From the NCBI GenBank assembly GCA_965649765.1, contig OZ287756.1, positions 682,001-746,000 of the forward strand: a DNA stretch of 64,000 bases. Reading direction: 5' to 3'. A model generated the notes under the pieces. The model was not told the origin of the DNA and did no database searches. It was given only the letters and a program-made list of their open reading frames with translations. Of this stretch, positions 51,989 through 64,000 are shown piece by piece. Within the stretch, counting starts at the first letter, position 1. Each line of letters begins with the position of its first letter. The position numbers were made by a program, and so were the translations under genes. This stretch comes from Bispira polyomma (Eukaryota).

Positions 51989-54900
51989 ATGATATGTTAT
52001 CTTTTTGGAAGCACCACTAACTGACAGTGTTTTGTGTGAGCCAGTCTGTCTTATTCGTCTGACAGTCAACACTGAACAGTTCATTTGTTTTGCAATTTTT
52101 CTGGCCATTAGATATATCTGTAACATACTCAAGACATATTGATTTAATACTAGGCATTACACTGTGATAACAATCAAAATAAGTCATATTGTGACAAAAA
52201 AAAATCACAAAAAAACTTAAAGGCAGTGTCAGGTTTGCCATCTAGGGAGTAAGTTCACTTTATATATGCAATATTACACTCCTCAAACAGGAAGAAAGCG
52301 ATATGAACATGAAGTGTGATATATTGTTACTGACCATGTCCCATATTAGGTATTTCATATTACAGTTACATATGCTTAAATAATTGACATTTTATATATT
52401 TCATACCAGATATAATAGTTAATATAAGTTTTTAATGTCAATAAACTTTTTTAACTTATATATCTAAAATAAGTTCTATATTTATGTATTTTACTGTTTT
52501 GTACGGTCTAGGTAATCTGTTTGATACTAAAGTTTAACCCAACTTTATAATTTCGAAATAAACATATGGGTGTCACTTTGATAATATAATTATCATTACA
52601 AGTGATCACTTGCTGACTTTGCTCACTGGACGGTATTTGAAATGTGCATGACATAACGTAAAAGTATATTACATTGAATATGCAGACCATTGTTTTCAGT
52701 AAATATCCATACTGTTCAATACTAAAAAAAATTCAATTGAAACCCTTATTTTACATCAACTTTCTCGATAGGATGACAAGTTCCAGTCTATTACAACTAA
52801 TTAGGCAGGTTTCCTTTCAAAACACAGATTGATTTTAAACTTGTTTACCCTGCCATACACATAATCAAATTAAAACGTATAGACTAAGTTAATTGCCCCT
52901 GCTCACTTTTGTGTGAGGCCATTTTGTTTACAGTAGAGTAAAATTAATCACCATCCTCACTGGTATATTAGTGGCGGGAAGCCTGAAAAAATAATTAGTT
53001 CCACATCAGCACAAGCTCCCCAAACCAACAGTATGTAGAAGCAGTTACTGTCAAGGCACACATGCTCTTGAATATATTGTTATTATTCTGTATCTTTTAC
53101 CACATTTAATGTAATACAGAATATCTACAGCACGTGTTTTTACACTGACCCAAAATTGAAAGTAATTATTCAAACATGTATCGAAAGGAATAAAACAGTA
53201 GCAAAAAAGATTGACATTGAATAGACTATTATGAAGAAAACAGCAACACTGGGGAAAAGCTTCATTAAAAATTAGTTTTAGCACTTAATGAGAGATGTCA
53301 CTACCGCCTTAGCATATAACTGCCGGATAGCTATGTATTTGGCTGTTCTAATATCACCTGACACTCTATTCCATAGAGTTGGTTAATCATAATAAAACTA
53401 TTGTCAATGTGAATCGTAGACGTATGCATTACAGGTTTGTATGTAGATACCTGCAGATATTTCAATAGAAAGGATTCAGTGTTCTATCATTGTACTGTGT
53501 TTGCTCCTATTATATTCATTCTGGCTTTAGCTTGGCTTTTTTACAAACTACAGTCCTTATTGATGCATAATTTGATAAGATGGTATAATTCTAGTCAATA
53601 AATAATGCCACATCTTTAAAATTATTCTGTTTCCATCTTACAGCTTATATGCCACACTGACTGTGTACAACACTACTCTTTGTAACAGTTAGACCAATAC
53701 AAGGTGTAAAGAATTCATCTTCTCTGACAAAAACATAAATAGCTTTTACGTGTATTATTGTATTTGATTCTTTGTGATAACTTTTGTTGAGGGATATTTC
53801 ATTTTTCAGAAATACATTACAAGTACTGAATTAAATATTAATTGATTTGATATATATCTATAAAGTCTTTTCTATATTATGTCAAAAAGTTTGACATATA
53901 TATCACGTTTGGTTTATGACACACATTCGAATTTTTTTCTGGGAATTTATCGTGATTCTGGGAATTTATCGTCAAATTTTGACCAAAAATGTAGTAAATG
54001 TTCATTAATGTTAAAAGAAGAACACATAATGTTAAGAATGCTTGTAATGAAACAGATTAGTCCAATTTAGTTACATTTGTAACGTACAGGAAAAACATGG
54101 AGAGTATTGAAAAAAGATGTAATATAATTTGTTTTACATTTATGTTATTTGTAACTTGTTCCTATTAAAACTGCACTGGTTTTGTTTGATCTATAAAATA
54201 AACGAATAAGGCCATCTGGCATTTACAATATCTTATAATTTATCATCATAATTTTGATCCTGGTTTAAAGGACTTTCAATTTACATAATGACCGCATTAC
54301 TAATAGCATCCACACAAGTGACCTCCTCAACTGGAGTCAGAGTTAGTGGTTTGACCATTTTGGTCTTGATGAAATGTAGTTTCACTTAACCTTAAAGCAT
54401 TCAAGAGGGTGTTGGCCAATTAGAAAATTTAGTACAGTTTAAAAGACTTGATCTAAAACCCATTTATGTCAACATGCTGGTAGAAATAAAAAATATTCGA
54501 AACATGTTGATAGACCTTAACCTATTAACCCACGATTTGTCACACCTTTAGGATTCACCATTTTTTCCCAAACACTTTTACAACCTGCCAATTATGTAAT
54601 AATGTATACTAGACTTGCACTCATTGACCAACAGTTTTGTAAATTCCTACCAAAGCAATGGGGCACACATTTCTAAACTTTTAAACCTAATACTTTCTCA
54701 CATTAAAAACTAAGACTAATTATTTTGATTTTCATGTATAAGGCATGTAAATACTGTCTCTCCACTAATGTCAACACTCTACAAATCCATCTCTATTGGT
54801 CTGATTTGCGATCTTGTCCTTATTGTCTCAATAACATAGCTGTGATAAACATGGAGTTTTCGTGTTAGCGGCCATGTATTAACTACACCGAGATACCAAC

Positions 54901-56854
54901 AGTCACAACACTCGAACTGTCCACACAGAGTAATGGCCAGCACTGACGTCACACAAGTAATAGCTGGCAAAAGTTGGGGACATAAACTTGCCAGATCCCA
55001 GCAGATTGGTCGTAATTCAATCCAGGAGAGCAGATGGTCCGGTTAGCTGATTACTTGGAAGATTCTGGTTTTATGTTATAAAAAGATATTGATAGGAATG
55101 AAAATATAGTGATTTTACAATGTACACCTTGTTGTTTGTCTGTTGGACAAATATATTATTCTTTTTCGGTCTTTCCACTTCAAACTCTGACAGTGTAGGT
55201 ATTTTACTCATAGTAAAAAGTCCCTGTTGGCTGAAAAGCCTATTGAAGTAGCAAATAATTTTGGTCTGTTAGCTTTCTGGAAGAACTAGTACCTGAAGTT
55301 TTTGATATGAGCCATTCTGTCTTTGTCCCTGTATTATTCGTTGGATAGTTCACATTGAACAGTTAATTTGTAATTTTTTAGGCCATTATTCTAAACCTCG
55401 TCAGCTTAATAACCATATGTCTCTGTTTTTAACACCCTCATACTACAAATAGTGTGTTTAGTGTGGAGATAATAGTGTTCAACATAACTAAGCCATGTTG
55501 CTGTAATACTGTCAAGTGGTAGTCGTTTCTTTATTCAGATGTTTCTGTAAATTTGGCTCTACGGTAGTTTTTTGTTTTCGCCGGGATTCCACCCCTTGAC
55601 AACAGTTGAAGTCTAAAGTAATAAGAGTCTGTTTTGTAATCCTTTTCGTTATATTTTATTTCTCCAGTTAATACACTTTAAAATGTTTAATAAACAACAG
55701 TTGATGGTACTTCTATGTGGAGCCTGATGTAACTGGCTACTGGCCTAGAATGCTGTTCTTAAAACTATATGATATGATCTCTCTCTTAGTCTCATCTAAT
55801 CTCATTATACATCATATTGTCTGGAGCATGTGCTGCTCCATATATACACAATATTGGCATGCATACAATGAGTCACACAGAGATTACAGTTTCTGGAATT
55901 TTACAGGAAACACTAATCATATGATTATAGAACATAAGTAAAATTGTCAAATATAGAAGTCACATGATCAGGGATTTAGTATGTTTAGTAAAAGTTGATG
56001 CATTGATTGGTCATGTGATCAAAACATTGTCTGATATGGTATTAGGAAGAGTCATGTGACTTGGTGTGCATCAAAATGTTGATAGTCATGTTTGTAATTT
56101 GTTTCCTGTGAATTTCCGTACTGGAGTGAGAGGAAGCAATAAATATTTTCAGGTTATGTGGCTTTATTACATTGTTGAAATGTCATTCTCATAGCATCCA
56201 TAAAATTTTTACAAAATCTGCCATGTTTGAAGGACAAGTAACACAAACACCAAATTGATAAAATCATATACTTGTAGACAACAGAGAACATTTCACTAAG
56301 ATATGTAAGCTTGCATTCATTGACAAAAGTGTCTAGCTTTTGTTGTAAACCTAGATTTATAGTCTGTTTACAGGTTAATTTCTTAAACATATATCAGGAT
56401 ACAAAACAATAAAATTGGTTCAACATCATCAGGATTAATAGTGTAATTACTGAGAAAATAAAATTTCTTTTAATTGTACCATTTCCTTCCCTAATAAAAC
56501 TAAGCATGACACGGTTGCCAAAATAAAAAATAATAACATACTTACACAACTGGAATAGGAGTATCCGGTTTAATATAGGAAATGTATCATTCATGGGTAT
56601 CATTCTGTGTATTAAATGTCAATAACCTTTTTAAAATCATTTGTTTCTAAAATAAGTTATATTTGTGTATTTTGGTCTTTTAACAGTCAGGTAAAATATT
56701 AATGCTTTTAACCCGCCTTTATAACATGCAAATACAAAAACTATTGGAGTGTATAATAAATCGGTTAAATGATGGGTGTCACTTTAATCTCCTGATTATC
56801 ACTAGTTATCTATATGAGTCTGTCATTCTCTTCGTTCACTGAATGATTTTTGTG

Positions 56855-59800
56855 ATATCAATGTTTTGTGCCAAAAGCACTGTGGATTTTAGAGGTCTAT
56901 CAATCTTGTCCAACTTTTATGGGTGTAAGATTCAATACAATGAAGTAAATATCACTCAGTTGAACAAGCCTACCAATATACACAAGAGACTACAATAGGA
57001 TATGAAGACATAGCCGGGAAAATACATTCCTCAAAAAATGGGAGAGAAGCAAAACTGGTATCAAAGGAGATTCCAGAGGATGAGGCATGGGACATCATTA
57101 AGCTTGATGTGATGTCAGATCTTGTGACAATGAAAATGGAGTCTTGCCAAGAGTTTCAAGATGCTCTACTTCACACAGAGAACCAAATACTTGCTGAGGC
57201 CATATCTGATTGCTTCTTTGGGAATGGGTTGTCTCCGGAGCTCACTCGGTGTACTAGACCAAGTAATTACCCAGGAAGAAATAAACTTGAGAAGTTATTG
57301 ATGGAGCAAAGTGTCTATCAACTTTTGACTAAACTTGTGACAACAAGGGCTTCAGTACAAGATGAACCAGTATCACACAATGACAGTGTATTTATTCATA
57401 AAGAAGGAGATTTCCCAAATGGACTGACCACTTAAAACACATGTGATTTAAGAGACATGCATACAATACCACAAATTGATTCTTCAAAGGAAGCTACCAC
57501 ATCAACAGTAAAAGAACAAAGAATATCAAGAAACATCAAAAAAGTTACTTCTGCTGTTCGATCCTCCAGTGTACCAGTTAGAAAGTCACAGGTGGATATG
57601 TCAGTGCAGGAGGCAACAAGTGATATTACAAAGATTGGTATAAAGAAATATTTAACTCCAAAAAGACACTCTCTTGCACACTTACTAGGATATGCACCAC
57701 AGAGGATGCCGATCGATTGTGGATCGATTGTGGCATTATAGAAGTAAAATCGTTAACATTAGTGCCGGGAGTGTAAAGTGATTCACTTGTTTACTGATTC
57801 ATCTCACTCAAGGGGTGTTTGTGTTATGTTATATGATCACTTAAAATCAGACATTTTGGAATATCATACTGATCAACAAGGCAGAAAGTTCTTTGTTAAA
57901 ATCAAAATTGGAGCAGATATATATTATATCATAAATGTATATGCACCCAATAATATTACTGAGAGAAAACATTTTTTTATATCACTACATGAATGGGTAG
58001 GGCATCATCTTGCTGATAATTACTATGTAATACTTGCGGCCAATTTCAATACTGCCATAAATAAGGAAGATGAAAAGTCAGGTATAATTGACTCCTGTTC
58101 TAAGCCATTAGTAACCCTACTAAATAATCTGGGTGTCATTGATGTATGGAAAAATCAGAATCCTAATATTATTGAATATACATGGGAAAGTCCTGGTAAC
58201 TCAAACTTTAAAAGTAGAATTGAGTATATATTTTTATCAAAAGAATTGTTGTCACTAACTGAAAAATGCTTAATTGCCCATGCTCCTGCCTGTGATCATA
58301 AAGGAGTTCTTTTAAAACTGAACAACAGTCATGATAAACGAGGTCCTAACTATTGGAAATTAAATATTTCTGTCTTAAAAGATGAAAATTATTGCACTAA
58401 TAAAGAAATGTTTAAAGAATATGTTTGACCAAGTTTACAGGAATGTACAAATCTGTGTATGAGTAAAGGCACAACATGGGGTCTCTTTAAAATAAAGGTT
58501 AAAGAGTTCTCCATCAAATATGGTCAGGCAAACTCAAAAAATACTAAGGATGAAATTGATCAAATGGAACAAGAAATACAAATATTAAACAAAGCTATAA
58601 ATAAAACAGATAGCCATATATTAAGAACAAAAAGGGAGAGATAAAACATAACATGTTAAAATTAATAAATACTAAAGCAGTAGGAGCACAAATACGTTCA
58701 CGTGCCAAGTATGTAGAAGAAGGTGAAAAATCGACATCACATTTTCTCAGATGAGAAAAACATAGGCAAGCTAATAATAAAATTTCAAGGTTGATATCAG
58801 ATGGAAATGTAATAACAGAAACTGGTGACATATCAAAGAGTTGTGAAACATTTTATAAGAATCTTTACACAAGTACACAACCAGACATTAGTGATATAAA
58901 AAAACATTGTAAGTAAATGTAAATTACCTAACATCTTGACTGATGAACAGCAAGATGTATGTGACAGACCTATAACACTGGATGAATGTACACAAGTTGT
59001 TTATGAATGTATGAAGCCAAACAAAACCCTTGGATTGGATGGGATTCCTTTTGAATTCTACAAAACCTTTTGGCCATCACTAGGTTCATTTTTGCACAAG
59101 GTTATCGAAAAATTAAATTTTTAAGAAACATTTTGGCCAACACTAGGTTCATTTTTGCACAAGGTTATCAAAAATTTTAATTTTTGGGAAACATTTCAGC
59201 GTTGGGTTAAAATACTTCATGCAGAGCCTGAGGCAATTATCAGAAATAATGGATGGCTTTCAGAGGGTTTTAACCTGTCTAGAGGTAATTGACAGGGTTG
59301 CCCCCTCTCTGCACTATTGTTTATTTTTGCTGTAGAAATGCTTGCTATAATGTTGCCACTTGACAAAGGCATTAAAGGCTTTAAAATTGTGCAAAATAAA
59401 CAAGTAAAGACAAATAAAATTTCTCAATATGCGGATGATTCGGTCATTATACTTCAAAATATTCAACAGATAAAACCCATCTTGGAAACTGTAAACAAAT
59501 TTGGTGGACTTTCTGGACTAAAACTTAACCTTGACAAAACAAAGGTTATTTTGCTGGTGCGTTGGAAGGATCTATGGCCAGCTGTGAAAACATAGAATGT
59601 GTAGATATCATTAAAAGTTTAGGAATATACGTTGGAAATGACAAAGACTTATGCATTAAAATGAACTGGACAGACAAAATCACTACAATGGACAAACTGT
59701 TACAAAGATGAAAAGAAAGGTCACTCAAACACTATTGGGAAAAATTTTGATTATAAAAACCCTAGTTTTGCCAATAATTCCCTTTTCAGCATTAAACTGC

Positions 59801-61145
59801 TATACTCCTTTGTGAATATCAAAGACTGTTGCTAAACTATTCTTCAAATTTCTGTGGGGTAACACTGATAAAGTTAAAAGAGAAACAATAATAGGTGATA
59901 TTGAGCAAGATGGTCTCAAAATGATAGACATTGAAGCACATTTCCATGTTCTAAAGGCTGCTTGGGTGAAACACATGTGTAATACAGGAGATGATAGTAC
60001 ATGGTTATTTATCCCATGATATTACTTCAACAAGCTCCACACACTGCATATTATCAATCAAAATAACATCCAAAATACAGCCAGGTTTGAACATTTGCAA
60101 TTGATACCATCTTTTTACAGACAGGTAATTGAGGGTTATCTCCATAGTAACAAGAAATTGGTTATTAAGAAACATGATATTCAATCAATAAAGGCAACTT
60201 GCCTATGGGGTAATGAACAAATAGTGATTACCAATTAATAAATACAGTACTATCCAAACTGGATTGAAAGCGGTATGATTAAAATATAGGATTTAAAAAT
60301 TATAAAAGGAAAAATCTGTGAAACATACATTCTTTCAAAATTAACAACCAAATCGAACTATTTAAGTAAACTATATCGGGTAATATATGGGCTAAACATT
60401 TACTTAATGAAAATATAACAATTCTTCCCCTTGATAACATACATAATGCAAAAATATAAATCAACACGAGAACACTACATAGAAATTGTTAAACAAAAGA
60501 TTATTCAACCCAAGTCTTGGGAATACTTCAACAATTTGTTGAATTTAGTTCATTATAACTATGTCACAACATATAGATTTAAAATGAAGTATATCTCTGA
60601 TAAGAAGTTGTGTGAATTTAACTATGAGCTTCTAAGTAATATCTTACCATGTTGAAAGAGTCTTTTTAAGTGGAGGCTTATATCAAACGATAGGTTTTGC
60701 TATGTGGAAATATAGAAAGAGTAGAACATATGCTTTTTCTATGCCCACATAAGATAATCATTTGGAAAAGATTATCTTAGTACATAACTTAAATTTCAGC
60801 TTAAAAATATTGATACCAGGTATGCAAAATATAAAAATTAACTGGGTATTTTCGATTGTTCAGTACTGTATATATAAATAATGGGCTAGCAGTATTGACA
60901 ATGTTGCGTGTTGCTTTGTGAAAATTTTGTGAAACATATAACCTCAAAGTTAAAGATATTCATTAATGTTTATACAGTGTGTGGATTTATTGATGTTGTT
61001 AGCATATTACAAAAGATACTCTGCATTATTAAGCATGACATTAAGAGTGAATCTTCTATTTTGATCTATTGTTAATGTTCAACACCTTTTTTTTTTAAAA
61101 AAAATAAATAAATTTCTGTGGTAATAATAGCAATAAAAAAAGAAA
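56855..61145 (+). mobile_element. L1/Tx1-group LINE, decayed, 5'-truncated
   Basis: APE motifs SRGV, DQQGR, NVYAPN, DVWK..NP..YTW, SRIEYIF, DHK, GPNYWKLN; RT motifs GLDGIPFEFY, QGCPLS, QYADD, SGLKLN; C-terminal EHMLFLC; A-rich end. Confidence 0.92.
56882..57310 (+). pseudogene. NADAR (YbiA-like) domain coding segment, one frameshift near 56948
   Basis: FRGLSILSNFY / HSVEQAYQY / AKLVSK..WDIIKLDVM / ALLHT..LAEAISDCFFGNG / PGRNKLEKLLME follow the YbiA motif order SNF, SEHYFQ, W..VK..VM, LL.T, LVE..D.YWG.G, G.N.LG.LLME. Confidence 0.85.
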
Positions 61146-64000
61146 TCCCTATGATGAAACCCTGTGATTTATCCTATTATTCTGCATTTCAAGAGAGGAA
61201 AAATAAAAATAAAATAATAATCTAAATTATGACTATTGAAAAGTAAAAATCCAGCAATTGTGAATGCCAGCAATGGTTTGTGCATGAGGTAACCTATATC
61301 TATTGAATTCATTATTCAGATACCATTGTTTGCATCTAGAGGCACCAATAAAACATCCACACTGTTACCGAGGTAAAAACTTCCATTGGAACCTTATTTT
61401 CGATCACCCTTTACTTTATGGTGACAAGTTCCAAGCTATTACCACTAATTATGCAAGTTTCTTTTCAAAACACAGATTTCTTATCAGCTTGTTTACCCTG
61501 CAGGAAATTATAAAATACAATACAAATTTGGTAGTGTCATGCAAGGTACAAAGTTTTATCGTTTGGTTTTTTTATTATTGATGGTAGCTCCTGACTATAA
61601 GTTACTGTGTAGCCAATTACCTTTTGAACTAGAAAAAAATTGTCACTCTTTATTGCTGTGAAGAAGTGATTTATCTTTGCCTCAGTTTTAAATAACAAGT
61701 CTCTTTTTCTTGGTTAGTGATTTAGATGTTTTCTTTCAACTACTTGCTAATTTGTTGCCCTGTGATGGGCCGTAAAAACTAGGGGCAGGTAATTGTGACC
61801 AATTACTGTGCTCAACATTAAATGTGTAAGGCCAGGTTGTAAAATATAGCAGTTTTAAAGAAACAAGATTCAATACATTTCTATTTGTTGTTAACTGTGC
61901 CTCTGATGTATCTCCTTCCCAGTATGGTTCTATGGCCTAAAACATTTATTGCAATAATATTTTGCAATTATGGGGGACATTTTCTCAATGTAAAAGGTGT
62001 TTAATTTTATGTGTAAAGCAATTTTGGGGCTTTTTGATCTTGCCTTTGTGCAGAACTAGATGTCAAGATGTGACAACACTTGTGACCTGTTGTAATTCTT
62101 TTAAACAATACATATTTACGTGATGTGTGTTGACTCACATATATTCATATTAATTGCTATCTTATCATAATGCGTCACATACAACCAATGACATATCAAA
62201 AGATCCATAGTAAAAATTAAATCTAGTGAACTGTTCCAAAGAGATTTTTTTTGCCAAAAAAACTAATACATTGTTGAAGGAAGTGAAGGTGAAGTTAGTA
62301 TTATATTTTTTACTTGAACTGTAAACCATTGGAAGTACAGAACACTATTATGCCTGCTTTGTAACCACCATCCTTAGAAGTGAGAAGAAAGTGATTATGC
62401 ATTGGTAGTCCTAGGCTGTTAGGCCAAGCATTAGTTAGACTTCCATGTCACAAAGACGTCTGAATACATTTTCTTTTAAAACACTCAATATTGTTAAAGT
62501 TTGTACTTTTATTGGGCCACAATCGTTGACCAGGCATCCCTTGTGCCGAACATCCTAGTTGATAGAAAAAGAATAGTCCCAAAACAGGTTTGTAATCAGA
62601 GTCAAGTCATAACCAGCAAGTTTGTATATATAGTCCACCACTGTGATATCCTTATTTCTGATTGACCTGACTGGGATACAATTTTTAACATGTATTTGGT
62701 TAGACGTTAAAACCTGGATTTACCTGAATATCACCAGATAAAGACAGGTCTAAAGAATAAATTATAGAAGGTTGGATCCAGAGTGTACATGGTGATGGTG
62801 ATCCTTTGACAGTTGGGGCTAATCTAATCCACATAAAGGCAGCACAGTAAACCTGGAGCAGGTGAGTACTTCACCTCTCATAAGTGACTTAGTGAATCAA
62901 TAAACACATAGAATCAGAAAAGCATCCTGTTTTAGTCATGCAAGTAATAAGTGTTGCCATTATTGAGCATGCAGCAGGCATTTCTGACGGTGTCTGATAG
63001 GTTTCCGCTCAAATGCTTTGGCTAAGCTGCACATAAATCTGTGCTTCATCAGCATAGAAATTATACTTAAATAAACTATAAGAGGAGAACTAGTCACAAT
63101 ATTTTTAAATGTCAATTGTAGTGCTAATAGTATTGTTATACTATGTCCAACCTAAGCCTTAAGTGCAGTCAATCAGAGGCTGTAATTAATTATTTTATTT
63201 AATAAAATTGAAGTCAATCACCATCAATTCCACACCAATTAGAATTGCTTGGACATCACACAATATAACTTGGGAATTATAAGCCCTTGGAGTAATTCAC
63301 TTTGTCATACACACTAATATATGTTAGTCGAATCACCAGCACACGCCAGACTTTATTCAATACTAACTTTACTCAGGGACAATTTCTTAGAGAAAATAAG
63401 TCTTTTCAGCAGAACAATAGATGCATTGCTATGGCAAGTTGCAATAACCCAGATATTATTGAGGTAGTGGATTTTGTTAGTAACTCTAGCTTTGTGTGTG
63501 ACTGTGTTGTATTAAGGTGTTATTGGTGTGAGGCCTTGGCTTGTCTTACCCAATGATTTGATTTGTATGACAAATGACCAGAATGGGGAAGAGGGGGGGG
63601 GGGGGTGTCTGACACAGCTGTGACACAGATACATATATAACTAGTAAAGATAGAGGATAAGTCTGGATTGATAAAAACATCTGTGCATTTGAGAAAAAAA
63701 ACACCCAAGGTGCTGGCATTTTCATTCATGGTCAAAAGTCAAACCCATTTTTGCGGCATATACACAAGACAATTAGACTTCATTGCATTAGAAAGATAAT
63801 TGGATGGAGATCTTATGTTAAATTAAGTTTCGTCCAAGCCAAGCCAACAGAATCCTTGATTGCCTTTTCTAGAAATGACCATTCAACCCACAGAGGACAG
63901 AATGGGATTTAATTTAGCAGTGGCATAAATCATGATATATCCTTACATTGCACCCAGCTGACCCCAAGGAAGTTTTAGCTGAGGACTGAAGGATTGTCCC

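Larger units (their letters stand above)
21950..62250 (+). repeat. Old tandem array of ~6 diverged copies of a multi-kb non-coding unit, interrupted by TEs
   Basis: Collinear shared blocks: AGATGGTC-type at 23161, 30333, 33174, 50051, 55030; GTTTACCCTGC at 30773, 35567, 52842, 61489; GAGGCCAAGG..CATTATGCAT at 21990, 31434, 37277; AATTAATCAC-type at ~22716, 28950, 32133, 37894, 52942; ATTGTCAAGGT-type at ~32543, 38182, 53400. Confidence 0.85.

Noticed and set aside
29987-55000. Tandem protein-coding gene family in the repeated unit (e.g. ORFs 29987-30211, 32980-33285, 36831-37094, 54779-54970)
   Set aside because: Homologous blocks differ by frame-breaking indels, and the ORFs do not correspond between copies.
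1-64000. Unistrand piRNA cluster
   Set aside because: The DIRS copies and three LINE pieces are on minus, but Tc1, one L2 and the large Tx1 are on plus; small-RNA data would be needed.

Overview
AT-rich animal genomic DNA. A lophotrochozoan such as a mollusc or annelid is plausible from the repeat types, but this is inference. No intact host protein-coding gene is recognisable. Contents: (i) three diverged minus-strand tyrosine-recombinase retrotransposons (DIRS order, Ngaro/PAT-like) at 1-2.5 kb, 3.5-8.4 kb and 44.5-49.8 kb; (ii) decayed LINEs (two L2/CR1-group, a Proto2/RTE-X-like end, two L1/Tx1), a Tc1 remnant, a Harbinger-like MITE, a Helentron-type element with 147-bp repeats and SINE remnants; (iii) four minisatellites and a recent 1.79-kb duplication; (iv) an old non-coding unit of several kb tandemly repeated about six times from ~22 to ~62 kb, hosting most of the insertions there. 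The main signals come from comparing the DIRS copies: a conserved phase-1 splice donor in gag matched by a phase-1 acceptor before the recombinase ORF (predicting a spliced Gag-N/zinc-finger-YR fusion), an A_AAA_AAC + 7 nt + stem-loop -1 frameshift signal at the gag stop, and a palindrome-rich 3' cassette with a loxP-like geometry. A NADAR (YbiA-like) domain also lies upstream of the L1/Tx1 ORF2. All alignments were done by eye and boundaries are approximate unless motifs are quoted.
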